Positions 19,495 to 30,600 of a stretch of DNA of 64,000 nt are shown here, one piece after another. Under the pieces are notes generated by a model. It saw nothing but the letters and a program-made list of their open reading frames with translations, was not told the origin of the DNA and searched no databases. Numbering within the stretch: the stretch's first letter is position 1; the number at the start of each line of letters is the position of its first letter. Source of the stretch: a virus (taxonomy: Duplodnaviria > Caudoviricetes). The DNA lies in IMG/VR virus record IMGVR_UViG_3300047539_000078, positions 64,001 through 128,000 of that record; one strand, given 5' to 3'. A program made the translations under genes and the position numbers.

Positions 19495-21447
19495 ATGGGT
19501 CAGTTAGCTTCAGACAACTTCACACGTGCAAACGAGAACCCGCTGAGCGACGGCGGCAACTGGACAACCTTGCCCGGTTCCAACGCCTTGGAAATCTCAT
19601 CGGATTTGTGCCAATCCGCGACGGCGGGAGGCATGGGCATCGGCTCTGCGGCGTATTGGAACGCCATCACTCCGCCGACGGACCAGTATTCATCCATCAC
19701 CGTGGCGACCATTTCCAACCTGAACGGCAACGGGACGGATGCGGCTGCAGTAGTCCGTGCGCAATCAGGAAGCAGTTCAATCTACTATGAAGGCGGCGTG
19801 GGTGCGCAGCAGTCCGGCACGACCGGTCTCGGCAACTCGTGCTACCTCTGGATCGGCAAAGTCGACGTATCAAGTGAAACGGAACTTGCACAGGCAGTCG
19901 CAGTGGCAAACATCGGCGATGTGTTCAACCTCACGGTGCACGGACCTACCCTCCTGCTTCGCCAGAACGGCGCGGTCGTTTTGATCGGGGCGGACTCTTC
20001 CCTCGTGAACGGATGGTTTGGCTTGCATTCCAAGTGCGATGCATCCATCACCACATCGCAGATGTCCGCGTGGAGCGCCGGAACACCGGTACTGAACCTC
20101 GCCCCGTTTGCGGATACGTTCGTCCGTGCCAACGGGGCATTGGGTGCCAACTGGCTGAACATCAACGTGGAAGGAACTCTGAGCATCTCAAGCGATGCGG
20201 TATACAACCCCGGAGGCGGCTACGGTGTGGAAGCATCCATCGGAGCCGACTATCTTCCCGACCAGTACGCCCAGACGACGTTGGTAGCCAACCAGGCTGG
20301 AAGCTACGCCGGTGTGGCGGTAAGAATTTCCGGTAATGGAACCGCCGCCCAGTACTCTATCCCGACCGCGAACGCCTCCTACTACACGTGGGTGATCGGC
20401 AACTCCAGCTCATACGTGCTCCAGAAGATCACCTCCGCCACGTCCGGCTCGCAAACATCCACGAACCTTTGGACCGGAAGCGGCACGGTGAGCAACGGCG
20501 ACACCGTCCGTCTTGAAATCCAGGGCAACACGCTGACATGCTATCGCAACGGTGTGGTCGTCACCACGTACACGGATGTATCCTCCCCGCTGGTGGGCGG
20601 ACATCCGGGAATCGTCGTCTACAACGGCGGAACCAGCCCCACCGTGAACGCATTCCTTTCCGGGTCGTTCCGATCAATACCCATCCTGTCTTCCGCGACG
20701 GTGCAGTCCGGGGCTACACTGTCCACCGCTGGCACGGGCGTCATCAACGCGAACCAGTTCGGCGGCATTTCCAGCATGGGCTCCGTGCCCACACACGAGG
20801 GGCAGCTTTTGATTTCCCAGCCGGGAAACTTGACGGCGGCATGGGCTGACCCGCAAGTACAGGGTTTGTATGCGGTGGGGTCGTTTCTCAATTCGCCGCC
20901 ATCATACGTAGCCCCCACCACGATCCAGCCCGTTCTCATTGGCGGTTCCGATTACGCCGGGTCTCCCGCCCTTTGGAATCTCAAGGTTGATTCGGGCGGT
21001 AAAATCTATGTCGGAAATTTTCCGTCATTCACATTCACCTACGGCGGAAGCCCACCCACAGAAGGTCTGAATGTCTACGTGCTGAACACCACCTCCACCG
21101 AGGTTCCCGCCGCATCAGGCGGTGCCACGCCGAAGGGCTATCACATCGTGAACAACACCGTGCAGGCTATCAAGTCCACGTTCGGGCAGATATACGGCTA
21201 CTACCTTGACAACACGGCCAACGCCGCCACGACTTATTTCCAGTTCTTCAACATTGTGGCTGGCTCGGTTTCGCTGGGATCATCGGCAGCCCTGTTCACC
21301 ATTCCCGTTCCTGCGGGCTCGGCTGCGAACTTGAGCATCAGCCCCGGCTGGGCATTCACCACGGCGATATCGTTCGCCGCCACGACCACCTACAACGGCA
21401 GCACCTTCGCCGCCAATGCCGTTGACTGCACGATAGCGTTCAACTAA
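19495..21447 (+). CDS. virion protein with two concanavalin/lectin-like beta domains
   Basis: Tandem D.F.RAN..L..NW..DQY domains; shared ISQPGN..WADP.VQG module; AAGGAG RBS. Confidence 0.65.
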   Translation: MGQLASDNFTRANENPLSDGGNWTTLPGSNALEISSDLCQSATAGGMGIGSAAYWNAITPPTDQYSSITVATISNLNGNGTDAAAVVRAQSGSSSIYYEGGVGAQQSGTTGLGNSCYLWIGKVDVSSETELAQAVAVANIGDVFNLTVHGPTLLLRQNGAVVLIGADSSLVNGWFGLHSKCDASITTSQMSAWSAGTPVLNLAPFADTFVRANGALGANWLNINVEGTLSISSDAVYNPGGGYGVEASIGADYLPDQYAQTTLVANQAGSYAGVAVRISGNGTAAQYSIPTANASYYTWVIGNSSSYVLQKITSATSGSQTSTNLWTGSGTVSNGDTVRLEIQGNTLTCYRNGVVVTTYTDVSSPLVGGHPGIVVYNGGTSPTVNAFLSGSFRSIPILSSATVQSGATLSTAGTGVINANQFGGISSMGSVPTHEGQLLISQPGNLTAAWADPQVQGLYAVGSFLNSPPSYVAPTTIQPVLIGGSDYAGSPALWNLKVDSGGKIYVGNFPSFTFTYGGSPPTEGLNVYVLNTTSTEVPAASGGATPKGYHIVNNTVQAIKSTFGQIYGYYLDNTANAATTYFQFFNIVAGSVSLGSSAALFTIPVPAGSAANLSISPGWAFTTAISFAATTTYNGSTFAANAVDCTIAFN

Positions 21448-21448
21448 C

Positions 21449-22878
21449 ATGCCGACCCTAACCTATGTAGGCGGTACATCCGTCCAGCTTTCTGGCAGCG
21501 GCGGACCTCCTTATATCACCAACATCACCTATAGCCCCACGCCAGGAAACCTCGTCGTCGTGGATGTCTACAACTTTGATTATGGCGACGGCGTCACGAT
21601 TGACATTGGGGATAATGGCAGTGGTCAGTGGGGGACGGCGTTCTGCATCATTGACGGCGTGATTTCCGGAGACACTGGATCATTCACGAATGCGGGCACG
21701 GTCTATACGTTCTACCAACTCGCCGCAGCCTCAGACATCACAACGATTACGCTAACGGTCAATGGAAACGTGACCGGAGCCGCGATCATCTCCGAATACA
21801 ACACTACCAGCGGCTACTGGAACTTTGATCTTGCTTCTCGTACTACGCTGGCCGGGGGCGGTCTCACAACCATCGCCAATGCCATCGCAACATTCGCTAC
21901 CAACCTGGTCGTATTCACGGTTTCGTCTGGCAGACTACCAGCGATGCCTACACCTTCACTGGTGGAGACGCGGCTCGACAATCACCACTAACCAGCCACT
22001 GACGGGCGGTGCGTGCGTTCCTGACCACCACGGTAGCAAGCGGTCACCATGATCGAAACATCCGCCGCCTCTTACTCCCCTGAGGCAATCGACAGTGTCG
22101 TCAAGCTGTACGACCTTGGGATCTATTCTCGTTTCACGTTCTCCGTGACATCCAATGCTCCTGTAAACCCCCTCACCCTGATACCGAACACGAACCTTGT
22201 AGGCTGGTACCGTGCTGACTTGGGGGCGAACAACGATGGTGAAAACGGGGTTCGTGTCTTAGTGGACTGGTCGGGGACAGGGGAACCTGGCAACCATACC
22301 GGGGGTAATGAAATCGGCCTCAGAGCAACGCTATCAACGGGCTTCCGGCTTTATACTTGAGTATGTCGACCTTTGGTTCAACAACCCGTTTCCGCTGACA
22401 TCGAATTGCAGCGTGTTCATCGTGTTCCAGTTGTCCAATACATCAAGTGCGCACTCGTTCTTCGCCGGTGAGGGCGGCAGCTTGAACTACTGGTTCTGCA
22501 AGGACAGCGGCCCCCGCTTCAGGGAGCCGACAGCACTATGAGGTGCGGATTTGGGTGCGGGCACCGCATTGGCAGACACACTCTGGCACCAGACGAACAT
22601 GACGTATGACGGAATAAATTTATTTCCGTAAAGACCAGGCTGCCGATGGAAACCACTCCCCAGGATACGGTCTTTCGAGTCCCGTACTACAGATGGGCGG
22701 CAACTACGGCGGCGGCGAAGAGACTGAGAACTTCGAGGGTTATGTTGCCGAAGTCATCGTCTACAACGCCGTGCTTTCGAGCACGAACATCGGTCTCGTC
22801 GAGACATACCTGCAACGGAAATACTTCCCTGCGCCGATCACGATCCGTCTCTTAGGTTTACTTGGGGTAGGAATGTAG
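21449..22878 (+). CDS. virion protein with C-terminal LamG/concanavalin-like domain (several apparent frameshifts)
   Basis: Fragments in different frames: PTPGNLVVV, LVGWYRADLG, FEGYVAEVIVYNAVLS..VETYLQRKY. Confidence 0.55.
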
Positions 22879-22889
22879 TATTATGGGGT

Positions 22890-23199
22890 ATGCCCGACAC
22901 CCCATTGATGGCCACGCTTCTGATCATCGCCCGCGCCGTCGATGCGGAGTCCAAGAAGCATCCCGCCGCGCGGTACCTGCTATTTCATGGCCTGCCAGAA
23001 CGCCATTCTGGACATTCATCCGCCAGCCGCCGTGTGGATGTGGCAGGTCGTGAAGTGGCAGTCCCGCATCGAGCAGCACATCCAGGATTGCACCGCCTGC
23101 TGCCTCGGTCTTAATCCGCTTGACTGTCCCACGGCGATTCTGCTACAATCAATGTTGGTAAAGCATGAGAAGCGTTTGCTGGAGTCCGAGACTTGTTAG
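22890..23199 (+). CDS. small Cys-containing hypothetical protein (apparent frameshift)
   Basis: ATG 5 nt after TAGTATTAT; H..DCTAC..C motif in a second frame. Confidence 0.4.
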
Positions 23200-23474
23200 A
23201 ACAATACGTTTACCCAGTCACAATCGTCCTTGACCGGTATCAAGGCGTCTATTCTGGGGCACCGTGGACGGCTTGGAACGAGTACGCCGATGGCGTTCCA
23301 GACGCCATCGATGCGGATGATTGCTCTTGCGCGGAGTTTTGGGCGCGGGATGAGCACGGGCCGGTGGGACGCGGACTAACCCCGGACAGTGCGCTAGCAG
23401 ATTTGTATTGGCAACTGAATGAATTGAAGGACGATCAAGATGGAACCCCTTTACGAGATAATCCAAGCCGGTAG
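23193..23474 (+). CDS. hypothetical protein
   Basis: YPVTIVLDRY.G.YSG..W.AW..VGRG.TP..A..DL, phage-like. Confidence 0.55.
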   Translation: MLEQYVYPVTIVLDRYQGVYSGAPWTAWNEYADGVPDAIDADDCSCAEFWARDEHGPVGRGLTPDSALADLYWQLNELKDDQDGTPLRDNPSR

Positions 23475-24711
23475 CGGACGCCATATCAAGGCGTGGAAGA
23501 AGGGCGTGAACTTTGAGCAGGAAGCCATCCAACAGCTCATTGCCGCCGCCCAGCTTTCAGTCGTTCACCCGTATGTCGCCGCAATGCCGGATTGCCACAA
23601 AGGCTACGGCAGTACAGTCGGTTCCGTCATCCCGACGAAGGACGCTATAATTCCAGCCGCGATAGGCGTTGACATCGGATGTGGGATGTGCTATGTCCAG
23701 ACTGATTTCGACCGCGACGACCTGCCGTCGGACCTCTCCGAAATGCGCCCCGCGCTGGAAAAGGCGATCCCCAACGGGGGACCAGGCGAGCTGGGTGCAT
23801 GGCCCGTCAACGTCCCTTCGCATATCCACACGGCATGGATGGATGACTTCGATTCGGAGTACGACGCCATCGGGAGCAAGTATCCCGACGTTATTTCCCC
23901 GTTCGCCCAGCGCCAGCTCGGCACCTTGGGGACTGGCAACCACTTCGTGGAACTCACGATTGAAAGCATCGGAAACAAGGTCGGGGTCTTGATCCACTCC
24001 GGCTCGCGGGGACTGGGCAACAAGATCGGCACCTACTTCACCGCGTTCGCTCGCCACTATTGCGAGGCGAACCACATAGGCTTGCCCGACCGCGACCTGG
24101 CGTACCTGCCACGGGGCGTAGAAGGTTTTGATGACTATCTGGCCGCCGTACGCTTTGCGCAGCGGTACGCAATGGCGAGCCGCACGATCATGGCGCGAGC
24201 GGCCTGCAATGTCCTCATGACTTTCACCGGGTACCGCAGTATCGTGTCTTCGATCCCCACGGTGCATTGCCACCACAACTACATGGTGGAAGAGGTCCAC
24301 AACGGGGAGAAGCTATTCATCACCCGCAAGGGTGCCGTCCGTGCGCAGGCGGGAGATTTGGGGATCATCCCGGGTTCCATGGGAGTCAAGACCTTCATCG
24401 TCGAGGGGTTGGGTTCCGAGGACAGCTTCACATCGTGCAGCCACGGCGCGGGCCGCACCATGTCCCGCACGGCTGCCAAGAAGGCTTTCACCGTCGAAGA
24501 CCATGTTTTGGCAACTGAAGGTGTGGAGTGCGACAAGACCGAGGACACCCTTGATGAAACGCCGGGAGCCTACAAGAACATCGACGACGTGATGGCGGCG
24601 CAGAGTGACCTCGTGCGCCCGCTTTACACCCTAAAGCAGTTCCTATGCGTCAAGGGGAAGAGCGAGGGGAAGCGCTGGGAGAAGAAAAAGAAGAAGGTGG
24701 CCGAGGCATGA
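23440..24711 (+). CDS. rtcB: RtcB RNA 3'-phosphate/5'-OH ligase
   Basis: MPDCH.G, GVDIGCG, GTLGTGNHFVE, HSGSRG, HHNY, RKGA, PGSMG, SHGAGR, DETPGAYK. Confidence 0.96.
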   Translation: MEPLYEIIQAGSGRHIKAWKKGVNFEQEAIQQLIAAAQLSVVHPYVAAMPDCHKGYGSTVGSVIPTKDAIIPAAIGVDIGCGMCYVQTDFDRDDLPSDLSEMRPALEKAIPNGGPGELGAWPVNVPSHIHTAWMDDFDSEYDAIGSKYPDVISPFAQRQLGTLGTGNHFVELTIESIGNKVGVLIHSGSRGLGNKIGTYFTAFARHYCEANHIGLPDRDLAYLPRGVEGFDDYLAAVRFAQRYAMASRTIMARAACNVLMTFTGYRSIVSSIPTVHCHHNYMVEEVHNGEKLFITRKGAVRAQAGDLGIIPGSMGVKTFIVEGLGSEDSFTSCSHGAGRTMSRTAAKKAFTVEDHVLATEGVECDKTEDTLDETPGAYKNIDDVMAAQSDLVRPLYTLKQFLCVKGKSEGKRWEKKKKKVAEA

Positions 24712-24971
24712 CGCCCGAAGAACTCAACCAGATAGGTATAGCTATATTCGGAGCCATAAAATGCTCATTCCCGGAGCATATGGTGCCGCTGCAGCAGGTC
24801 TTCAACGTCCTGAATACGCACTGCGGCGATGCGAGAATAAGCATTAAGAAGTGCAACGAGATGGGTTATATACAATACGAGTTTTACCGGGCGCTTGACG
24901 AGTCGTTAGTTGATGAAAACCCGGCGCTAGATGAAAAACCCGCTTTAGAGGAGAAGACCGGATATGGATAA
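24708..24971 (+). CDS. hypothetical protein
   Basis: ATGA overlap with the rtcB stop. Confidence 0.45.
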   Translation: MTPEELNQIGIAIFGAIKCSFPEHMVPLQQVFNVLNTHCGDARISIKKCNEMGYIQYEFYRALDESLVDENPALDEKPALEEKTGYG

Positions 24972-25260
24972 GATGGACATACTTTTGCATTTCTACGCCG
25001 ATTTCTTCATCGAGAAGGGCATCATCCCCAAGAAGGGCGGCGTCGCCAACGAGCACATCGCCTGGATGATCAACGAGTGCATCAGCATGCTCTCCAACCC
25101 CGGCGACACCGAGTACAACTCCATGTACATGAAGATCAACCGCTGGGTCGGATTTGTGCAGGGGGTCCTTTGGAAAGAGGGACTCTTCACCATCGACCAG
25201 ATGCGCGAGCATGTCGCCCTTGCGCATGCCGTCGAAACGGGGATGCGACAGTCCGTATGA
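24964..25260 (+). CDS. hypothetical protein
   Basis: HIAWM..KINRWVGFVQGVL..G..TI..MREH, phage-like motif. Confidence 0.6.
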   Translation: MDKMDILLHFYADFFIEKGIIPKKGGVANEHIAWMINECISMLSNPGDTEYNSMYMKINRWVGFVQGVLWKEGLFTIDQMREHVALAHAVETGMRQSV

Positions 25261-25661
25261 ACCCCCTGTTCGATTACGAATACGTCTGCTTCATGTTCTC
25301 CGGCCTGCGGGGTTGGGTGCCGCTCACGGCCCAGCATGAAATCACGCCGGAGAATCCGGTCACGTTCGTCCATGACGATTCCCGTCAAACCGCGATTTTC
25401 CGTGTGGATCATGTCGGCAACTTCTGGATGGACATCCATGATGAACAAGGCAACAGCTACAGCAAGATCGTGGAGTGCTCGCAGGAATACATGGAGAGCG
25501 AGTTCGGAAGCAAAATGCAAATCATCGAGATAACGCCGCCATTGCCTGAAGAGGCTGAAGTCTCCGACGCTACGGGGCCATTCACGCGGATCAGCAAGAC
25601 CAAATGGGCGAGGGGCAATCATGTCACAACAGGCGTTGGACGGCGTAATCCAAAAAATTGA
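25257..25661 (+). CDS. hypothetical protein
   Basis: ATGA overlap; acidic ORF. Confidence 0.45.
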   Translation: MNPLFDYEYVCFMFSGLRGWVPLTAQHEITPENPVTFVHDDSRQTAIFRVDHVGNFWMDIHDEQGNSYSKIVECSQEYMESEFGSKMQIIEITPPLPEEAEVSDATGPFTRISKTKWARGNHVTTGVGRRNPKN

Positions 25662-26218
25662 CATAATCTGGGAGAATGTCGCAAAAATAGTCGTAGACCG
25701 CGATGAAAAAGAGCGTAGATTGCGGCAAATAAAGGACTTGGCTCTATAATGTGGTGAATAATCCGCGGGATAGGGACGCCGTGGGCCTTGCAAAGCAAAT
25801 CCTGAGCCTCATACCCTAGCGTTTCATCCCCAAGCGCTTCTTGAGCCGTTTCTGCGCAATCATCGGGGGTTTTAATGTCACTGCTGGCATCCTTCCGATC
25901 TTGGCCACGCAGGGCAATCGCGTTCTGATCCGTCTGTGCGGTATCCGCCCGCAAGTGTATGGCTTGATTGCGCGAATCATGGCGATCCTCGCCGCGCATA
26001 GCAACTTCCTTTTGATCCTCATGCACCGTGCGCCATGTGGCAAATCCTTGGATGGCGATCATCGCCCCGGCGTATTCCTTGGTGAGTATTCCGTGTTTGG
26101 CGAGCCAGAATGCGGATGTTGCGAAGAACCCCGCAAGGACGAAGTTCCGCCCACCGGCCCATCCCCAAAATCGTACAGAGAGAATGATCGTCAGTTTGTT
26201 CCACATCGCTTTAAGCAT
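25619..26218 (-). CDS. membrane protein, possibly holin-like (3' end uncertain)
   Basis: Two hydrophobic segments (GRNFVLAGFFATSAFWL; YAGAMIAIQGFA) then a charged tail; directly downstream of the giant gene. Confidence 0.4.
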   Translation of the reverse strand: MLKAMWNKLTIILSVRFWGWAGGRNFVLAGFFATSAFWLAKHGILTKEYAGAMIAIQGFATWRTVHEDQKEVAMRGEDRHDSRNQAIHLRADTAQTDQNAIALRGQDRKDASSDIKTPDDCAETAQEALGDETLGYEAQDLLCKAHGVPIPRIIHHIIEPSPLFAAIYALFHRGLRLFLRHSPRLCQFFGLRRPTPVVT

Positions 26219-26262
26219 ATTAGTCAGATACTCCCTCGGATTCCAAGGACTCCGCATCGTCC

Positions 26263-27615
26263 TCATACTCGACCGGGGTATTGGCTGAGCGGCTTCGGCG
26301 GGGAACGGAATGAGTCGTTGATGTGGTCAATAGACGCACTCTTGTCGTAGCCACCGAAACCGTTGTAGGGGTCCTTCATCTTGACCGCGAAGTTCATCTC
26401 CCGCAGGGGTTCGTTGTCGTAGTAGTCGTTATTTCCGCCCTCGTCTTCTTCAACGTTGATGGCGATTTCGGCGGCGCGGCTGGTTTGGAGGACCACGTGC
26501 ACCTTGCCTTCCCACGCGAACTTGTTGCCCCCACTTGCGTCGAACCGGACGAAGGTGTTCTCGTCTTCATCCGTGGCGTTCTCGACGGCGGTCGTGAGGT
26601 ACTTGTTGACCTCGTTGCTGGTCCCGGACTCCAATCCGTACTGGTAGGCCGTGTCGAGGGTTCCGTATACATCGGTGTTGACCCCCGCGTCACCCTCAAG
26701 ATAGCCGAGGAAATCCTTCACGTCGCCGACCACGTTCGGTTCCCACGTGAACTCATCCGTCCCGCCTTCCTTCTCGATGAAATCCTTCAACTCGTCGGGG
26801 TATGTTTGTTCCAGCGTCAACCCGATGTTATGGACGGTTTCCGGCTTGACATCGTCGAGCAGGTCGATCATGTCGCTCTTGCTCACGCCTTCCGTGCTGC
26901 TGGAATCGCTGTAGTCGTTTCCCTCGTCCTGTTTTTTGGCCCACTTCGCGGTGTCGTCCCCCCAATCGTCCACCAGTTCGCCCCAATCTCTGTACGTGGC
27001 GAGTATCAGTCCGTCCGATACCCAGTTATCTTCCTTGGAGCCGAGAAGGGCGCAGATCTTTTTCTTGGCGATGGCGTCTAGCTTCGCGCCGAGGGTGACT
27101 CTATTCAAATGGAATACCCCCGTTCGCGTCAGATACATCTTGAGCGGCATCAGGGCTGGCTTGGTCTCGTAGATGTCGTTCTGTTCCGTCTCGGACAGAT
27201 CTGATACGCTGAAGTTGTGGGACGGCATGTACCCGCCGCCGGTGATGCCTTCGATTCTCGGGTCCTTCAGGAGCGAGATGATGTACGGGTGGTAGCGTGC
27301 TGCCGGTTTCTCGTTCCCGCGTCCCTTCATCTCGCCCAACTGCTTGCTCTTCTGGTCGTAGATGAACGTGAGGTTCGGTTCCCAGTACGCCTTGTCCCCC
27401 TTCTTACGGGGCTCGCGCAGGCTGATGATGCGGTCGCCTGTGACCTGTCCCTGGTTGCCGCAATGCCCCATCGCCTTCGCCTCGGCGGGGCAGTAGCCTC
27501 GTGGCAAGCAGCCACCACGCCCAGCCGTTGTCGAACTTGATGAAGATTTCGTCGCCTTCCTGCGGCTCAAGCATGCGTTTGCTTTCGTCGGCCTTCGCGA
27601 GCATGGCGTCTTCAA
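26263..27615 (-). CDS. C-terminal segment of giant polyvalent protein: PcfJ-like domain and acidic tail
   Basis: CPAEAKAMGHCG..IISLRE..LTF..EMKGRGNEKP; continues ...GWAWWLL of the upstream ORF across a 1-nt shift near 27505. Confidence 0.7.
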   Translation of the reverse strand: MKTPCSRRPTKANACLSRRKATKSSSSSTTAGRGGCLPRGYCPAEAKAMGHCGNQGQVTGDRIISLREPRKKGDKAYWEPNLTFIYDQKSKQLGEMKGRGNEKPAARYHPYIISLLKDPRIEGITGGGYMPSHNFSVSDLSETEQNDIYETKPALMPLKMYLTRTGVFHLNRVTLGAKLDAIAKKKICALLGSKEDNWVSDGLILATYRDWGELVDDWGDDTAKWAKKQDEGNDYSDSSSTEGVSKSDMIDLLDDVKPETVHNIGLTLEQTYPDELKDFIEKEGGTDEFTWEPNVVGDVKDFLGYLEGDAGVNTDVYGTLDTAYQYGLESGTSNEVNKYLTTAVENATDEDENTFVRFDASGGNKFAWEGKVHVVLQTSRAAEIAINVEEDEGGNNDYYDNEPLREMNFAVKMKDPYNGFGGYDKSASIDHINDSFRSPPKPLSQYPGRV

Positions 27616-30600
27616 GCTCGCCGAACTCCCGGAGGAGTTCCTCCGGCGTCTGAAACTGGAATCTCTTGGACTGGATGTTCACGTCCTCCAACGCGAGGTA
27701 GTGCAGGAGCTTCCGCTTGAGCGGGGGCCAGATCGCCGTCAAATCGGAGGTGGGCTTGCCGGATTTCTGGGCGTATTCCTTTCTCGCATTGTCGAACGAC
27801 CCTGCGGGGACGACCTTGACATCCTCGGCTTGCTTGATCAGATCAAGGCGCACCCAGCGCAGGTACCACGTGATGCGGTCGGCCTTTTCGAGATGCTCCT
27901 TCGCCCATGCGACTTCCTTCTTGGCCATCGCTTCCCACGCGCCGGTCTGATTCGTGGCGGTGATGGACTTCAGGAACGACTTGAACATCTCCATGTAGTC
28001 GACGGCCAGGATGAGCAGCGGCGACGCGAGCTTCATGTCGGCCATCTTGCGGATGGCCGAACGGTCCCATATCTGGTACTGCTCCGGGCTCAGGTCGTCC
28101 TCCTCGGTCCAGAAAGCCCCCTTGTAGCCCTGCTTCTGCAGGATGTCCGCCGCCGTGCGCTGCAGCATTTCGAAGTAGAAATCCTCGCCCCCGAACCCCT
28201 GGTAGTCGGCTGCCTCGGCGATTGTTTGCGGATCGTCCGTCAACCCCTGTATATAGGTGTCCTCGGGGAACGCCTCCTTGATTTCCTTCACCACCCGCAA
28301 CACGTTTTGGCGTATGTCCTTGGGGATGGGATCGTCCCAGTGTCCGGTTTCGTGCAGGAGATCGTATGTGCTCGTGCCGTGGTATATGAAGTCGTCGTCT
28401 ATCTGCGCATTCGTCTTGACGGGGCCGTAATCGGCATAGCCCGTCCCTGCGGGACCGTAGAAGAAGCCCTCCGTATGCTCGGGTTCGGAGTGGCGCTCCA
28501 CGTCCACCCATTCCGCGACCTTGGAAGACTGGTGCCGTAGGCTGTCGGATTCCAGCCAATCCACGGTCTCCTCGACGCTCGTGAACTCCACGTTCCCCAC
28601 GCCCCCGTTGCGCGTCCACTCGATTATGACCCCATCGGTCGGATGCTCCATGATGTAGTCACGCATCTTCGCCTTGGAGCCGGAGTCCAGCGTCCCCACC
28701 TGGAAATTGGTGGAAGGCACTGTCTTGTTGGCGACGCGCCAAGACCCCCACACGTTGAAGCGGATCGCCCCCTTGTCGAGCGCCTGTCTGACCAGCTTGA
28801 CGGGGTCGTAGAAGACGGAACTGGATTCCGCGAGTCCCAGGCGCTGCGCCAGCAGGTTGTGCTCGTCGTGCACATTCTTGCAGTATTCCACGCTGCCATC
28901 CGGCATGATGAATCCGCCGTTGCGCCAGTTGCGACCGGCCTCCGTGAGAAGGTTCTCATTGACGGCTTCCTTTGCGCTGGCGGCCTTGGTTTGCTCGCCC
29001 ATTTCGACCGCGTAGCCGAATCTCTCGTTCCACTGGGTCCAGAAGTCCTCGGGCAGCTTGCCGTAATGAACGACCATGCGAACCACGGTCTTGCCCTCGG
29101 CGTTCTTGTATACGTACTGGCGTCCGTCGCGGATTTCCACGACCGCCACGATGTGGTTGGAACCGGAGTATCCGATGGGGGTCGTCACGCGGGCCGTTGC
29201 ACGGTAGCCCTTCTGCTCGTACGCCAGCGGGCGCATAGTGCGCGTGATCTGTTCTGCATGCTTGCGGAAGTCCGCTTCGCCTTGGGCCACGGACGGGAAC
29301 AGCGTGTCCTTGGGCGGCGTCTCATCCCACTTGCCGTTGAACACTTCCGTGTACGACTTTCTTACATCGTAATCCTTCATGCCCTTGGCGAAGTGTGCGG
29401 CCAAGCGCCCGAGTGCAGGGAGCCATGTGTCGGTGACGAGCTGCTCCAAGCGGGCACGCAGGTCGGCGTGCATCTCCTTCTCCTGTTCCTTGAACTTGTA
29501 GTCGAACATTTCCATGGCGTGCTTGATGTAGTTCTTCTTGTATTCGGCCGCATTGGACTGCCAGCTCGCACTCACGCCAGGCTGGGTTGCGGCGATATAG
29601 ACTATCGTGACGTGGTACTGGCTGTCGCTGATGTGCTGGATCGGGGCTCCCAATGAACTCACGATGCTGTCCTCGTCGAGGAAGAACGTCTGCGGTTGGA
29701 GTTCCGCCACGACGACGAGCTTGCGGCCAGTCCCGTTCTGCCCGTTGTCGTCGCGGACGCTGCCGGTCGCGGTCATGAGGTTCTGCGTGACGTAGATGCC
29801 GCCGTAGGCTTCACGGCTAGGCGTGTGGATACCGGCATTCGGGTCGCTGTCCCAGTTCTTCTTCTTCCCCTCGGGAACGAGCCCCTCCGCTATGATGGAA
29901 CGCAGGTTCTTGATGCTGGTCCCGTGATACCAGATGCCGCGCTTGGCGCTGAACTTCTCGATGTCGGCTTCGGGAGTGAGCTGTTCGGGTGTGGGGTTCC
30001 CGTTTATGCCCTTCCACATGTAAATGTCGGACTCTTCGTCCTCATCCCCGTTTTCATTGGCTTCATAGGTGTAGTCGAAGCCCATCTTCTCCCAGAAGCC
30101 TGCGGAGTTACCGTCACCGGTGTCGCCCGCGACCAGGCGCAGGAGCTTGATGGTTTCGGGGATGGACGCCTCAAATTCCGTCCATGCCGTGCGACCGCCG
30201 CCCTTGCCGCGATCCTCGGGCTTGAGTTCGAACATGTCGATCCAAAGCGAACTGCCTTCCTGGTGGAATTCAAGTTTGCCTTTAAGACCCGCTGTCTTGG
30301 ACGATTCCCGCCACTTGCGAACATCCGTCTTGACGGGCTCTTCCCCGGTTACCATCCAGCGGATGGCTTCGTCGGGCGTGAGCTTGTCAATGTAGTTCTG
30401 CGGATTGAAAAATTCAATGCTGCAATGAATTATAGTCGCTTTGTACTTTCTTATGGTATTTGCTATGAGTTTGCGGGTTTCCGGCGTATCGTTCATCACG
30501 GTGAAGTCGGGATTCGTGGAACCCTGGACGCGGATATTGCCCGCACGTGCAGCTTCCGATACGACATCCGTTCCTTCAAACTCGCCGTCTTCGTCCACAT

